Positions 37,602 to 45,541 are shown, counted from the first letter of the stretch. The stretch: DNA of 56,927 bases from an uncultured Gammaproteobacteria bacterium (GCA_964514995.1 CAZETA010000004.1:1-56927); one strand, 5' to 3'. The notes: generated by a model not told the origin, from the letters alone. Made by a program: numbers and translations.

Positions 37602-38687
37602 ATGCAGAAAATCAAAAAAGCAATTTTAACCGGTGGCGGTCATGCGACGAGATTGCGGCCGATCACACACAGCATGAACAAACACTTGATCCCATTGGCA
37701 AATAAGCCGATGATCTTTCATGCTATCGACAAGGTGGTGGAAGCGGGCATTGAAGAAATTTTTATTAATACCAATCCGGGTGAGACAGAATTACAAAAAC
37801 ATATTGGCGATGGCGGTCATTGGGGCATCAAGATCACATTTTTTGAACAAACCGGTGGACCGCAAGGCATAGCCCATGTAGTAAATGAGGCGCATAAGTT
37901 TATCGGCGATGAGCCGTTCATGTTTTATTTATCCGATAATATTATCCTGGGCAGTATTACACCCATGGTAGATAATTTTGCGGCGGGCAACATGGACTGT
38001 ATGTTGGCATTTGCCAAAGTCCCTGATCCAAATCGATTTGGTGTACCATATTTTGATGGTAATAATAAGTTGATTGATGTTGTAGAAAAACCCAAGGATC
38101 CGCCTAATGACTTCGCAGTCACGGGCATCTATCTGTATGGGCCGAAGGTGTTTTTTGAAGCGTTTCAAAAAATACACAAAAGCGCCCGTGGCGAATATGA
38201 GATCTCTGATATTCATTCTTATTTTTTGAAAAATAATTTTACTGTCGGCTATACGGAAATTACCGGTTGGTGGAAAGATACCGGAAAACCAGAAGATCTT
38301 ATTCTGGCGAACAGTCTATTACTGGCAGAAATGCCAGCGGAAAAATTTTTACAACAGGGTAGTGTAGAGGCTGGGGCCGTGTTAACTGGTAAAGTGCATA
38401 TCGGCGTCGGTACAACCGTAAATAAAAACGTAAAAATTACCGGTCCTGTCATTATCGGCGAAAATTCAACCTTAGAAGATTGTATTATTCGGCCAAATAC
38501 TACGATTGGCGCGGGAAGTACGGTCAAGAGCGCTGAGATTGGAGATTCGATCGTTCTCAATAAATGCGCCATTGGTGGCGGAGTAAAACTATCTGATAGT
38601 ATCGTCGGCGCCAGCGTGACCATAGTCAAGAAACAATCAGAGTATCAGAAAATGATTTTGGGGGAGAATACGATGATTGAGGTGTAA
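37602..38687 (+). CDS. rmlA: Glucose-1-phosphate thymidylyltransferase-like sugar-1-phosphate nucleotidyltransferase (long form with C-terminal left-handed beta-helix)
   Basis: Start placed at MQKIKKAILTGGGHATRLRPIT (37602). The N-terminal GxGxR nucleotidyltransferase motif is followed by hexapeptide repeats (IGVGTTV, IIGENSTL, IGAGSTV). Confidence 0.82.
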   Translation: MQKIKKAILTGGGHATRLRPITHSMNKHLIPLANKPMIFHAIDKVVEAGIEEIFINTNPGETELQKHIGDGGHWGIKITFFEQTGGPQGIAHVVNEAHKFIGDEPFMFYLSDNIILGSITPMVDNFAAGNMDCMLAFAKVPDPNRFGVPYFDGNNKLIDVVEKPKDPPNDFAVTGIYLYGPKVFFEAFQKIHKSARGEYEISDIHSYFLKNNFTVGYTEITGWWKDTGKPEDLILANSLLLAEMPAEKFLQQGSVEAGAVLTGKVHIGVGTTVNKNVKITGPVIIGENSTLEDCIIRPNTTIGAGSTVKSAEIGDSIVLNKCAIGGGVKLSDSIVGASVTIVKKQSEYQKMILGENTMIEV

Positions 38688-38745
38688 ATTTGTCTCGGTA
38701 GAAAAACAGGTGTATACTACCTTCAATAATTTTTTACTTTTTACT

Positions 38746-39243
38746 ATGGAGGGAAAAAATAAAAAATCAGTCATTTTTGTATTTGCAGGCATCGGCCTGC
38801 TTATTTTAGTTGTATGGGTTGGTTCGGCCGTGTACTCGGCGTGGAGCGGGTATAGATGGAAAAAGAAAACTGAAGAGTTTCAAATGGCTCTCAGCAAACC
38901 ATATCGAGAGGACATATATGGAGGCAAAACTCCGGAAGAAACGTGGGCGATGTTTTTGGATGCGCTTAAAAAAGGGGATGTGGAGTTGGCGAGTAAGTAT
39001 ATTGTGCCGGAGAAGAGAGAAGATGAGTTAAAGTTTTTGAAAAAAGAAAAATCTACTGACAATTTGAAGTTGTTGCTAAGTCAGTTCGCTGGGAGTATAG
39101 TGCAAGATGAGCAAAATAGTTCAGACGAGATTGTTTATTTTAATTATTCTATTAAGGACGAGACATCTGGATTACAATATGCGAACTCGCTAGTTTTTAT
39201 TCTAAATCCGTATACAAAAGTTTGGAAAATTTCACTACTTTAA
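38746..39243 (+). CDS. N-terminally membrane-anchored hypothetical protein
   Basis: Start placed at MEGKNKK (38746). One TM helix (VIFVFAGIGLLILVVWVGSAVY) and a ~120-aa soluble domain. No family recognised. Confidence 0.5.
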   Translation: MEGKNKKSVIFVFAGIGLLILVVWVGSAVYSAWSGYRWKKKTEEFQMALSKPYREDIYGGKTPEETWAMFLDALKKGDVELASKYIVPEKREDELKFLKKEKSTDNLKLLLSQFAGSIVQDEQNSSDEIVYFNYSIKDETSGLQYANSLVFILNPYTKVWKISLL

Positions 39244-39262
39244 TTAAATAAAACATAATAAT

Positions 39263-42200
39263 ATGAAAGGAGGGGCCGTGTTTTTATTATTGTCTTTATT
39301 TTTATTTCATCCAGTGTTGGCTTATGACCAACATTCTACTCATCCGTCACTGACCCAAGAGATGGTTGAATTTTTTAACGGAACAAATACTCAGACCTCT
39401 AGAAAATTATCTACCAGCGAAGCGCAGTGGCTCAAGCAAGGCGCGGTAGATGAGGATGAGCCAGCCAGGTGGATAAACCATTTCTACGATCCCGTACACG
39501 GTGTTGGCTGGTCGGGTAAGCATTTTGGCCGTCTGTCTACAGAAGAAGGGTATAAAAAAGGTGGCGATATTGCGCCTCGCCACTCCATCCCTTCAGTAGA
39601 CTGGGTCACTAATCAAGACTACCAATCGGCTTACGGTCGGCAGTTTGGCAACCAGACTTGGCAGAAGGCCGTTAAGTCGTACTTAGACGGCGACAAAAAG
39701 TCTGCCTTTATTGCCTTAGGGCATGTATTGCATCTCGTAGAAGATGTTACCGTGCCGGATCATGTGCGAGACGACTCTCATGCTGGTATAGAAGGGGATC
39801 CTGGATCGCCGTATGAGGCTTTTGCTAAAGTGCAAACCGATAAGGGTTCATTGGATACGGCTGAAGTTCTATTGAAAAATAAAAAAAGTTTTAAAAAATT
39901 AATCTCAGTAAATCAAGCCATAAAAGATCTGGCAGTACAGGTCAACCGAAATTTTTTTTCTGAAGATACCATATCAAATGAGGAGTTTTTAGAACCAAAA
40001 ATTGACTCTCTAACTAGGGTAAATAAAACCACAACGGAAGGAATAAAAATCTACCTAGCTAAAGAAGGTGTCTATCTAGCTGCTCAACATATTAAGGGTG
40101 GTAATACTATATTTACCACTGTAGATTCTCGGTTTGTTCTACCATCCTACCGTGACCATTTATTTCCCGAAGCAGTACTGACAGGTGCTAGTGTTATTAA
40201 TTTATTTTTTGACGAAGTTGATAAATATAAACAGCACCCGGAATTATTAGAGTCCATTATGCCGAACAGTAATGATTCGTTTCTTTCTGCTTTGGCACAA
40301 TTCCCCAAAAGAACAGTGATAAAAGCCTGCGGTATCTCCGAGAGCACTTGCAAGCAGATGTATAACTCGCTGGATAATATAGCGGATGCAATAAAAAATA
40401 CTTCCCAAACTATCACCGCCGGCCTGGCGAATACGCTGAATACTATTTTAGATTCAGCTAAGACAAAGTTAGGGTTAAGTAGTAGTCAGCCCATTAGTCT
40501 AAATACTCCACAGCTAGCAGAAAGCTCTGCCCTGATCGGACCGCTTGTTAACCAGCCTCTTCTCACAGTACAGACACCAGGAATTGTGTTAGGTGAAAAG
40601 ATTTCCGCAAATCAGCCCCCAGCTCAGCCGGTTGAGGTTCCTAAAGCTCCTGTTTTGGTTTTGCCTGCTCCTGAGATTAAAAAAGAATCTGTGCCAGTTG
40701 CGCCAGTGCCTGTACAGAATAATATTTTTCAAGGCAGCAGCCTTGTTTCCACTCGTCCTGAACCGGTTGCGAGCAATCTCTCAGAAAATGAGAGTGTTGT
40801 AGACACCACAACAGTTGGCACCACAACACCGGTTGTGGAAGATGTCTTTACAACCACGACACCGCCTCCTACCACCTCAACTTCTATTACGGTGCCAAAT
40901 ACTACTTTGGAAATAATTACTACTACACGACCAGAAGAAGTTGTTATGGATAATTCTCCGCCATTAATTCCAGTTCTTAGTTTCCTCAATCAATCTGGGG
41001 TCAGTTCGACTGATATTATAATCAATGTACAGAGTTCTGATATTTCCTTACCAATCTATTTTGATGTAGAGATTGCTTCAAGTACTGTGGATCCTTGGCA
41101 GTTGCTTGTGAGTAGTACAACCAGCACCAGCATTCCCTTCTCGGGTAGACGCGGCCAGGTGTATTATTTTAGGGCGAGAGCTATGGATGCGGTTGGCCAT
41201 ATTTCCGATTGGAGTCCGACTTCATCGCCTGTGTCCGTCAATTGGAGTCAGGAGGTAGTGATAAATGAAGTGGCCTGGGCAGGGACTGGTGTGAGCTACC
41301 CTAATGACGAATGGTTTGAGTTGTACAATAATACAGACCAGCCAATAGATTTTACCGGTTGGAAAGTACTAGTCTCGGGAAAAGAAATCAGTATCTCAAA
41401 AATGAATAATAAAATAATTCCGGCAAATGGATATTATCTGTTTGAGAGAACATCTGATGATACGGTGAAGCAGATAAATGCAGATGCTGTATATAAACTA
41501 ACCGGTGGTTTTGGCAATGGCGGTGAAAAGATAGAGCTCATAAAACCAAACGGAGAGAAAGCAGATGAGGTGAACGCAAGTGAAGGCTGGTTTGCTGGAG
41601 ATGCTGTTTTATATCGATCAATGGAAAGAATAGGCCCGCTGGTAGATGGAAATAATCCGGCTAATTGGCAAACTAATCAAGGTTTCCGTGAAACCGGCAG
41701 GACGTTTAATGGCGGTCAGATATACGGTTCGCCGAAACGCTCAAATTTCGGTTTTATTACGCTAAATTTCAATCAGGATGATGCCGTACGCACCTTAACC
41801 AAGGCAAACAACCCGTATATTCTTCAGTCATATGTGATACCTGTAGGAAAAAGTTTGATTATAGAGCCTGGCGTAGTGTTAAAGAGTTATTATAATCCAG
41901 CTAAGATTGATGTGTTTGGCAATTTGCAGGTACTTGGCTCTGCTGAAGAAAAAGTGGTTTTTACATCTGGACGTGATGCACAGGTCGGTGCTGGAGCGGT
42001 GAACACTGTTGTCGGGACATGGCCTAGCCCGACCAGCTCCCCGCAGGATTGGCAGGGACTATGGTTTCATTCGGGATCAACCGGGATATTAGACCACATC
42101 AGCATGCGCTATGCAGGCAAAGGTTTTGTGGTGCCGCCTAACGCATTGCCAGTCAGCCAAGCTATTCGATCTGAGGGCGCTAATCTGCTTATTTCAGATT

Positions 42201-43117
42201 CAGATTTTTCAGATAATGGTGCGTTAACTTTGTTTGAGAAAGATTCTGCGAGCAGTATTATACATACTAGCTTCAAAAACGGTGATCGCGCTGTTGAGTC
42301 GGAAGCCAGTAATCTATCAATCCTTGATTCTATTTTTGAAAACTTTACCCATAGTAACGGGCCGCTGTATATAAAAGACAAATGGCCGACATTATCAAAT
42401 TTACAATATCATAATAATGTTTTGAATATGCCATTTTTGGAATCAGTCACCATTACCGAACCCGATGTTTCGATCGGCGAGTCAGAGAATGTTTTAGCTA
42501 ATATTTTGAAGGTGTCTACGTCTTCGACCCTGCATATCGAACCAGGCGCTGCGTTCTATATGCCTCTATATGGTATTATGGAAGTTAGAGGTGCTATCGT
42601 TGCAGAAGGAACAGCCGAGAAGCCGATAAATTTTTTGCCGTATCCCTCTACGATAAATTGGGGCAATATTCGTTTGTATGGCGCGCAAGCAATATTTGAT
42701 CATGTGAATTTTGTCCAAGGCAATCGTCTGAATGGCCGACCGGAAAATTTGAACGGCATGATCATTGCTAATGATTCGAATCTAGTAATAAATAATTCCA
42801 ATCTGTCTGATAGCGAATCAAACTCTATCCAGAGCAATAATTCCATCGTCCAGATTTCAAATGCCAATATCAGTGTCACGACAAAGGCCAATAACACTCG
42901 AGGTGTTAAAGCGGGGACTGGTCGTATAAATTTAGATAATGTTAATTTTAATAATTTGTATATCGGCATGGAAAGCGGATCTTCAGACTTGACACAGCTA
43001 CTGGTGGATGTTCAGAACATGTCCTCCTCCAGCTTCTCAAACGTCGACTACTTCTGGCAACCATTTAATCTTTGGAGTTTTCCACCACCAAATGTTGAAA
43101 ATTTAGTTAACCTATAA
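39263..43117 (+). CDS. Large secreted multidomain surface protein: Zn-phospholipase-C-like N-domain, Pro/Thr-rich linker, lamin-tail domain, parallel beta-helix C-terminal region
   Basis: 1284 aa. Signal peptide MKGGAVFLLLSLFLFHPVLA. ALGHVLHLVEDVTVPDHVRDDSH metal-site-like motif. PPAQPVEVPKAPVLVLPAPE...TTTPPPTTSTS linker. VVINEVAWAGT...DEWFELYNNTDQPIDFTGWKV matches the LTD pattern. The C-terminal ~450 aa is Asn/Ser/Ile-periodic and beta-helix-like. Confidence 0.8.
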   Translation: MKGGAVFLLLSLFLFHPVLAYDQHSTHPSLTQEMVEFFNGTNTQTSRKLSTSEAQWLKQGAVDEDEPARWINHFYDPVHGVGWSGKHFGRLSTEEGYKKGGDIAPRHSIPSVDWVTNQDYQSAYGRQFGNQTWQKAVKSYLDGDKKSAFIALGHVLHLVEDVTVPDHVRDDSHAGIEGDPGSPYEAFAKVQTDKGSLDTAEVLLKNKKSFKKLISVNQAIKDLAVQVNRNFFSEDTISNEEFLEPKIDSLTRVNKTTTEGIKIYLAKEGVYLAAQHIKGGNTIFTTVDSRFVLPSYRDHLFPEAVLTGASVINLFFDEVDKYKQHPELLESIMPNSNDSFLSALAQFPKRTVIKACGISESTCKQMYNSLDNIADAIKNTSQTITAGLANTLNTILDSAKTKLGLSSSQPISLNTPQLAESSALIGPLVNQPLLTVQTPGIVLGEKISANQPPAQPVEVPKAPVLVLPAPEIKKESVPVAPVPVQNNIFQGSSLVSTRPEPVASNLSENESVVDTTTVGTTTPVVEDVFTTTTPPPTTSTSITVPNTTLEIITTTRPEEVVMDNSPPLIPVLSFLNQSGVSSTDIIINVQSSDISLPIYFDVEIASSTVDPWQLLVSSTTSTSIPFSGRRGQVYYFRARAMDAVGHISDWSPTSSPVSVNWSQEVVINEVAWAGTGVSYPNDEWFELYNNTDQPIDFTGWKVLVSGKEISISKMNNKIIPANGYYLFERTSDDTVKQINADAVYKLTGGFGNGGEKIELIKPNGEKADEVNASEGWFAGDAVLYRSMERIGPLVDGNNPANWQTNQGFRETGRTFNGGQIYGSPKRSNFGFITLNFNQDDAVRTLTKANNPYILQSYVIPVGKSLIIEPGVVLKSYYNPAKIDVFGNLQVLGSAEEKVVFTSGRDAQVGAGAVNTVVGTWPSPTSSPQDWQGLWFHSGSTGILDHISMRYAGKGFVVPPNALPVSQAIRSEGANLLISDSDFSDNGALTLFEKDSASSIIHTSFKNGDRAVESEASNLSILDSIFENFTHSNGPLYIKDKWPTLSNLQYHNNVLNMPFLESVTITEPDVSIGESENVLANILKVSTSSTLHIEPGAAFYMPLYGIMEVRGAIVAEGTAEKPINFLPYPSTINWGNIRLYGAQAIFDHVNFVQGNRLNGRPENLNGMIIANDSNLVINNSNLSDSESNSIQSNNSIVQISNANISVTTKANNTRGVKAGTGRINLDNVNFNNLYIGMESGSSDLTQLLVDVQNMSSSSFSNVDYFWQPFNLWSFPPPNVENLVNL

Positions 43118-43124
43118 TACATAT

Positions 43125-43150
43125 AAAACCCCTCTGGCCAGAGGGGTTTT
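43125..43150. terminator. Rho-independent terminator after the giant gene
   Basis: AAAA-CCCCTCTGG/CCAGAGGGG-TTTT (stem 43129-43146), 8 nt after the stop codon. Confidence 0.8.
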
Positions 43151-43195
43151 ATATTATCAGAAGGTGATATTTTTGGAATTACCAATATTCTGTCA

Positions 43196-43224
43196 TTGAC
43201 ATTTTATAAAAAAACGTGTATCCT
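43196..43224 (+). promoter_or_regulatory. sigma70-type promoter candidate driving the GC-rich segment
   Basis: TTGACA (43196-43201), 17-nt spacer, TATCCT (43219-43224). The G+C jump begins a few nt downstream. Confidence 0.5.
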
Positions 43225-43243
43225 CACGACCCACAGGAGGTTC

Positions 43244-43492
43244 ATGATGTCCGAGCAGCGAGACTGGCAGCGTAGCAGGAGGCAGATGGGCCCGCGTCGT
43301 CGCAGGCAAAAGAGGCACCCGCTTCCCTGGATCTGCAAGATCCTGCTGATGAAGATGGTCGCCTGCAGCACGGCGGCACCGGTGTATGAGCCATGCAACG
43401 GGGTCAATGCTGGAAGTGCGCATGTCTGCAAGTCGTGCGCCGGTCGTCGTCGGCCCCGTACGAGCCGTAGAGTACACACCTCGAAGATCTAA
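43244..43492 (+). CDS. Candidate small Arg/Cys-rich protein (82 aa), no recognised family
   Basis: AGGAGG at 43235-43240, then ATGATG (43244/43247). MMSEQRDWQRSRRQMGPRRRRQKRHPLPW...CKSCAGRRRPRTSRRVHTSKI. Hand-counted GC3 is about 74% in this frame against about 63% overall. Both CGT-CGT Arg runs are in this frame. Could instead be part of a structured RNA. Confidence 0.35.
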   Translation: MMSEQRDWQRSRRQMGPRRRRQKRHPLPWICKILLMKMVACSTAAPVYEPCNGVNAGSAHVCKSCAGRRRPRTSRRVHTSKI

Positions 43493-43509
43493 CCGAGGAG
43501 GAGTGGGGC

Positions 43510-43641
43510 ATGATGCACCACGTTCGCGGGCCGCCGTCGGCTCAAGGGTGGAGCGAGACTCCGTTCGCAACACCTGATTTGTTTCCAAATATTGGGCACA
43601 GATCAGGGAGGATTTACGCGAACGGAGTTTTGTTTTTTTAA
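43510..43641 (+). CDS. Candidate 43-aa peptide, no recognised family
   Basis: GAGGAGGAG (43495-43503), 6-nt spacer, ATGATG. MMHHVRGPPSAQGWSETPFATPDLFPNIGHRSGRIYANGVLFF. The reading frame runs through the terminator hairpin and stops in its T-tract, which weakens the coding call. Confidence 0.22.
   Translation: MMHHVRGPPSAQGWSETPFATPDLFPNIGHRSGRIYANGVLFF
43559..43639 (+). terminator. Compound (two-tier) rho-independent terminator closing the GC-rich unit
   Basis: Outer stem CTCCGTTCGC (43559-43568) / GCGAACGGAG (43618-43627). Inner stem CCTGATTTGT (43573-43582) / ACAGATCAGG (43598-43607). Followed by TTTTGTTTTTTT (43628-43639). Confidence 0.65.
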
Positions 43642-43755
43642 AGTTTATGAATCTATTATATATAGAATTTGCTAGCATATTTTATTTGTCCCCATTATCT
43701 TCTTGGGGCTTTTTCTGAAATATGGTACACTGAATGTACTTGTATTTTTTGCGTT

Positions 43756-44436
43756 ATGATAAAACTTACTGGAGTTACTAAAATCTATCCGACAGGCACG
43801 CCAGCGGTGCGAAATCTTAACTTAAACATCGGCGCAGGGGATTTTGTTTCTATTGTCGGTCAGAGCGGTACTGGTAAGACGACACTTGTGAAGATGCTTA
43901 TTGCCGAAGAAAAGCCAAACAAAGGCACGATTGAGATCGGTGGTTGGGATATCACCCGCATCAGTCCGAGCGATGTGCCGTATCTGCGCCGCCAAATAGG
44001 CGTGGTATTTCAGGATTATAAGTTGTTGCCGCAGAGGACAGTATATGAAAATATTGCTTTTGCCCTTGAGGTGGCGGGAGAGAAGAAGCAGCGCATCCAT
44101 CAGGTTGTGCCTCAGGTTTTGGAAATCGTTAATTTATCGCATAAAGCCGACAGTTATCCGTTTCAGTTGTCCGGCGGAGAACAGCAGCGTACGGCTATTG
44201 CCAGGTCGCTGGTGCATCGACCAAAGATTATCGTGGCTGATGAGCCGACTGGTAATCTTGATTCCATCAATACCGAAGAAGTTATTTCTATTTTGAAAAA
44301 AATCAACGAATTTGGCACGACGATTATTTTGGTTACTCATAACCGAGAAGTGGTAAATCATTTGCGTCGTCGGGTGATTACACTCCACGGCGGTGAGATT
44401 ATCAACGACGAAGATGGAGGAAAGTATAAGTTGTGA
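43756..44436 (+). CDS. ftsE: Cell-division ABC transporter ATP-binding protein FtsE
   Basis: Start placed at MIKLTGVTKIY (43756). Walker A GQSGTGKTT, LSGGEQQR, Walker [13 protein letters not shown]. Followed by ftsX. Confidence 0.92.
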   Translation: MIKLTGVTKIYPTGTPAVRNLNLNIGAGDFVSIVGQSGTGKTTLVKMLIAEEKPNKGTIEIGGWDITRISPSDVPYLRRQIGVVFQDYKLLPQRTVYENIAFALEVAGEKKQRIHQVVPQVLEIVNLSHKADSYPFQLSGGEQQRTAIARSLVHRPKIIVADEPTGNLDSINTEEVISILKKINEFGTTIILVTHNREVVNHLRRRVITLHGGEIINDEDGGKYKL

Positions 44437-44531
44437 GCCGGGAATCGTGAAGCATGAGTTAAGAAGTGCGGACAGACCGTTCGATTTCTCTCATAGTTTA
44501 TAATTCCTTATTCATAATTCAGGGCGGGTAT

Positions 44532-45440
44532 ATGTCATCTTTTTTACGGGTACTTAAGTTTGCTTTTCAAGATTTGTGGCGCAATCTGAGTTTGTCGTTC
44601 ATGACCGTGTTTATTTTGGTGCTCATGTTACTCTCAGTTAATACTTTATGGTCGCTCGACGTAATAACTAAGCAGGCGGTAGAAGCGGTGAAAAAACAGA
44701 TTGATGTCTCGATTTATTTTGTTCCACAGGCCACAGAAAAGAATGTCAGTGATATTAGAGCCTATGTGGAATTGTTTCCCGAGGTAACAAGTGTTGTTGT
44801 TCAATCAAGAGAGCAAGTATTGTCCGAGTTTCGTGAACAGCACAAGCTGCAAAAAGAAGCTCTGGAGGCCTTGGATGAGTTGGGTTCCAATCCGTTTGGT
44901 CCTACAATGATTGTGAAGACCAGAGAGCCAAAGGATTACAAAAAAATTATAGACGCTTTGGATGTGCCGGAATATGAAAATCTTATTGAAGCAAAAAGTT
45001 TTGATAATCATGAAAACGCCATTGAACGGTTGCAGAACATCACTAATCGGATCGAGCGAATCGGATTTGGTCTGACAATTTTATTTGCGGTTATTTCTTT
45101 CTTGATTATTTTTAATACTATTCGGGTAGCCATCGCCACTCAGCGGGTTGAGATTGGTATCAAACGCCTAGTCGGCGCTAGCAATTGGTTTATACGTGGG
45201 CCATATTTGGTAGAATCGTTTGTTTTTACTCTTTTTAGCGTCGCCGGCACGATCGGCTTGGTGTATTTGGCGTTGCGATGGGTAGATCCGTATCTGGCGG
45301 TAGTATTGCCAAACGGTTTTTCCTTGACAAATTACTTCTATTCTAATATGCTTGTCCTGTTTGGATTACAGGCACTAGCGGTGTTGATTCTCACTATCAT
45401 TTCCAGTGGTTTAGCCATGAGAAGACAGCTTAAAGTCTAG
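44532..45440 (+). CDS. ftsX: Cell-division permease-like protein FtsX
   Basis: Start placed at MSSFLRVLKFAFQDLWRN (44532). TM1, an extracytoplasmic domain, then three C-terminal TM helices (FtsX topology). Confidence 0.85.
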   Translation: MSSFLRVLKFAFQDLWRNLSLSFMTVFILVLMLLSVNTLWSLDVITKQAVEAVKKQIDVSIYFVPQATEKNVSDIRAYVELFPEVTSVVVQSREQVLSEFREQHKLQKEALEALDELGSNPFGPTMIVKTREPKDYKKIIDALDVPEYENLIEAKSFDNHENAIERLQNITNRIERIGFGLTILFAVISFLIIFNTIRVAIATQRVEIGIKRLVGASNWFIRGPYLVESFVFTLFSVAGTIGLVYLALRWVDPYLAVVLPNGFSLTNYFYSNMLVLFGLQALAVLILTIISSGLAMRRQLKV

Positions 45441-45455
45441 GTGTCCAAACCAAAT

Positions 45456-45526
45456 TCCGAGGTCGTCTAAAGGTAGGACAACAGCCTTTGAAGCTGTGTA
45501 TCTTGGTTCGATTCCAAGCCTCGGAA
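45456..45526 (+). tRNA. tRNA-Gln (UUG)
   Basis: TCCGAGG-TC-GTCT..GGAC-A-ACAGC/CTTTGAA/GCTGT-GTAT-CTTGG/TTCGATT/CCAAG-CCTCGGA-A. U1:A72 is typical of bacterial tRNA-Gln. No CCA is encoded. Confidence 0.9.
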
Positions 45527-45541
45527 CGAACAGTATGATTG

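Noticed and set aside
8604-42969. Other short ORFs in the track nested in glycan-locus and giant-protein genes, e.g. 8604..8801(-), 9289..9474(-), 9543..9857(-), 11529..11726(-), 13752..13937(-), 14930..15257(-), 15434..15736(-), 15911..16138(-), 20676..21176(-), 21770..22370(-), 22178..22483(+), 22729..23197(-), 23412..23870, 24756..25243, 26082..26267, 27029..27729, 29360..30019, 30176..31424, 32169..32360, 32907..33227, 37925..38629, 38810..39062, 40147..42969.
   Set aside because: All overlap confidently assigned genes in another frame or strand. None has an independent ribosome-binding site or recognisable domain.
43230-43640. Whether the GC-rich segment is a known housekeeping RNA (RNase P RNA, tmRNA, SRP/4.5S RNA, 6S RNA, group II intron domain V).
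   Set aside because: By eye I find none of the following on either strand: the GGAAAGUCC (P4) or GUAAGAGCGCACC-type RNase P blocks, a tRNA-like GGUUCGA T-loop or acceptor end for tmRNA, or the GGAAGCAGC SRP domain IV motif. About 400 nt is too long for 6S. A covariance-model search is still needed, so this is rejection by inspection only.
43193-43678. A 161-aa minus-strand ORF, plus the 91-aa minus-strand and 63-aa plus-strand ORFs, overlapping the GC-rich segment.
   Set aside because: Scarce stop codons in several frames are the expected by-product of ~63% G+C. These frames have no SD/start context and give low-complexity Arg/Pro/Thr/Ala translations. The 161-aa ORF also extends into AT-rich flanks on both sides. 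Only the plus-strand frame with AGGAGG+ATGATG was kept, and at low confidence.
43690-43731. A weak hairpin CCCCA-n9-TGGGG plus CTTTTT, and a TGgTACACT extended -10-like element, upstream of ftsE.
   Set aside because: A 5-bp stem and a poor -35 are too weak to annotate as features. They may still contribute to ftsE expression downstream of the GC-rich unit.
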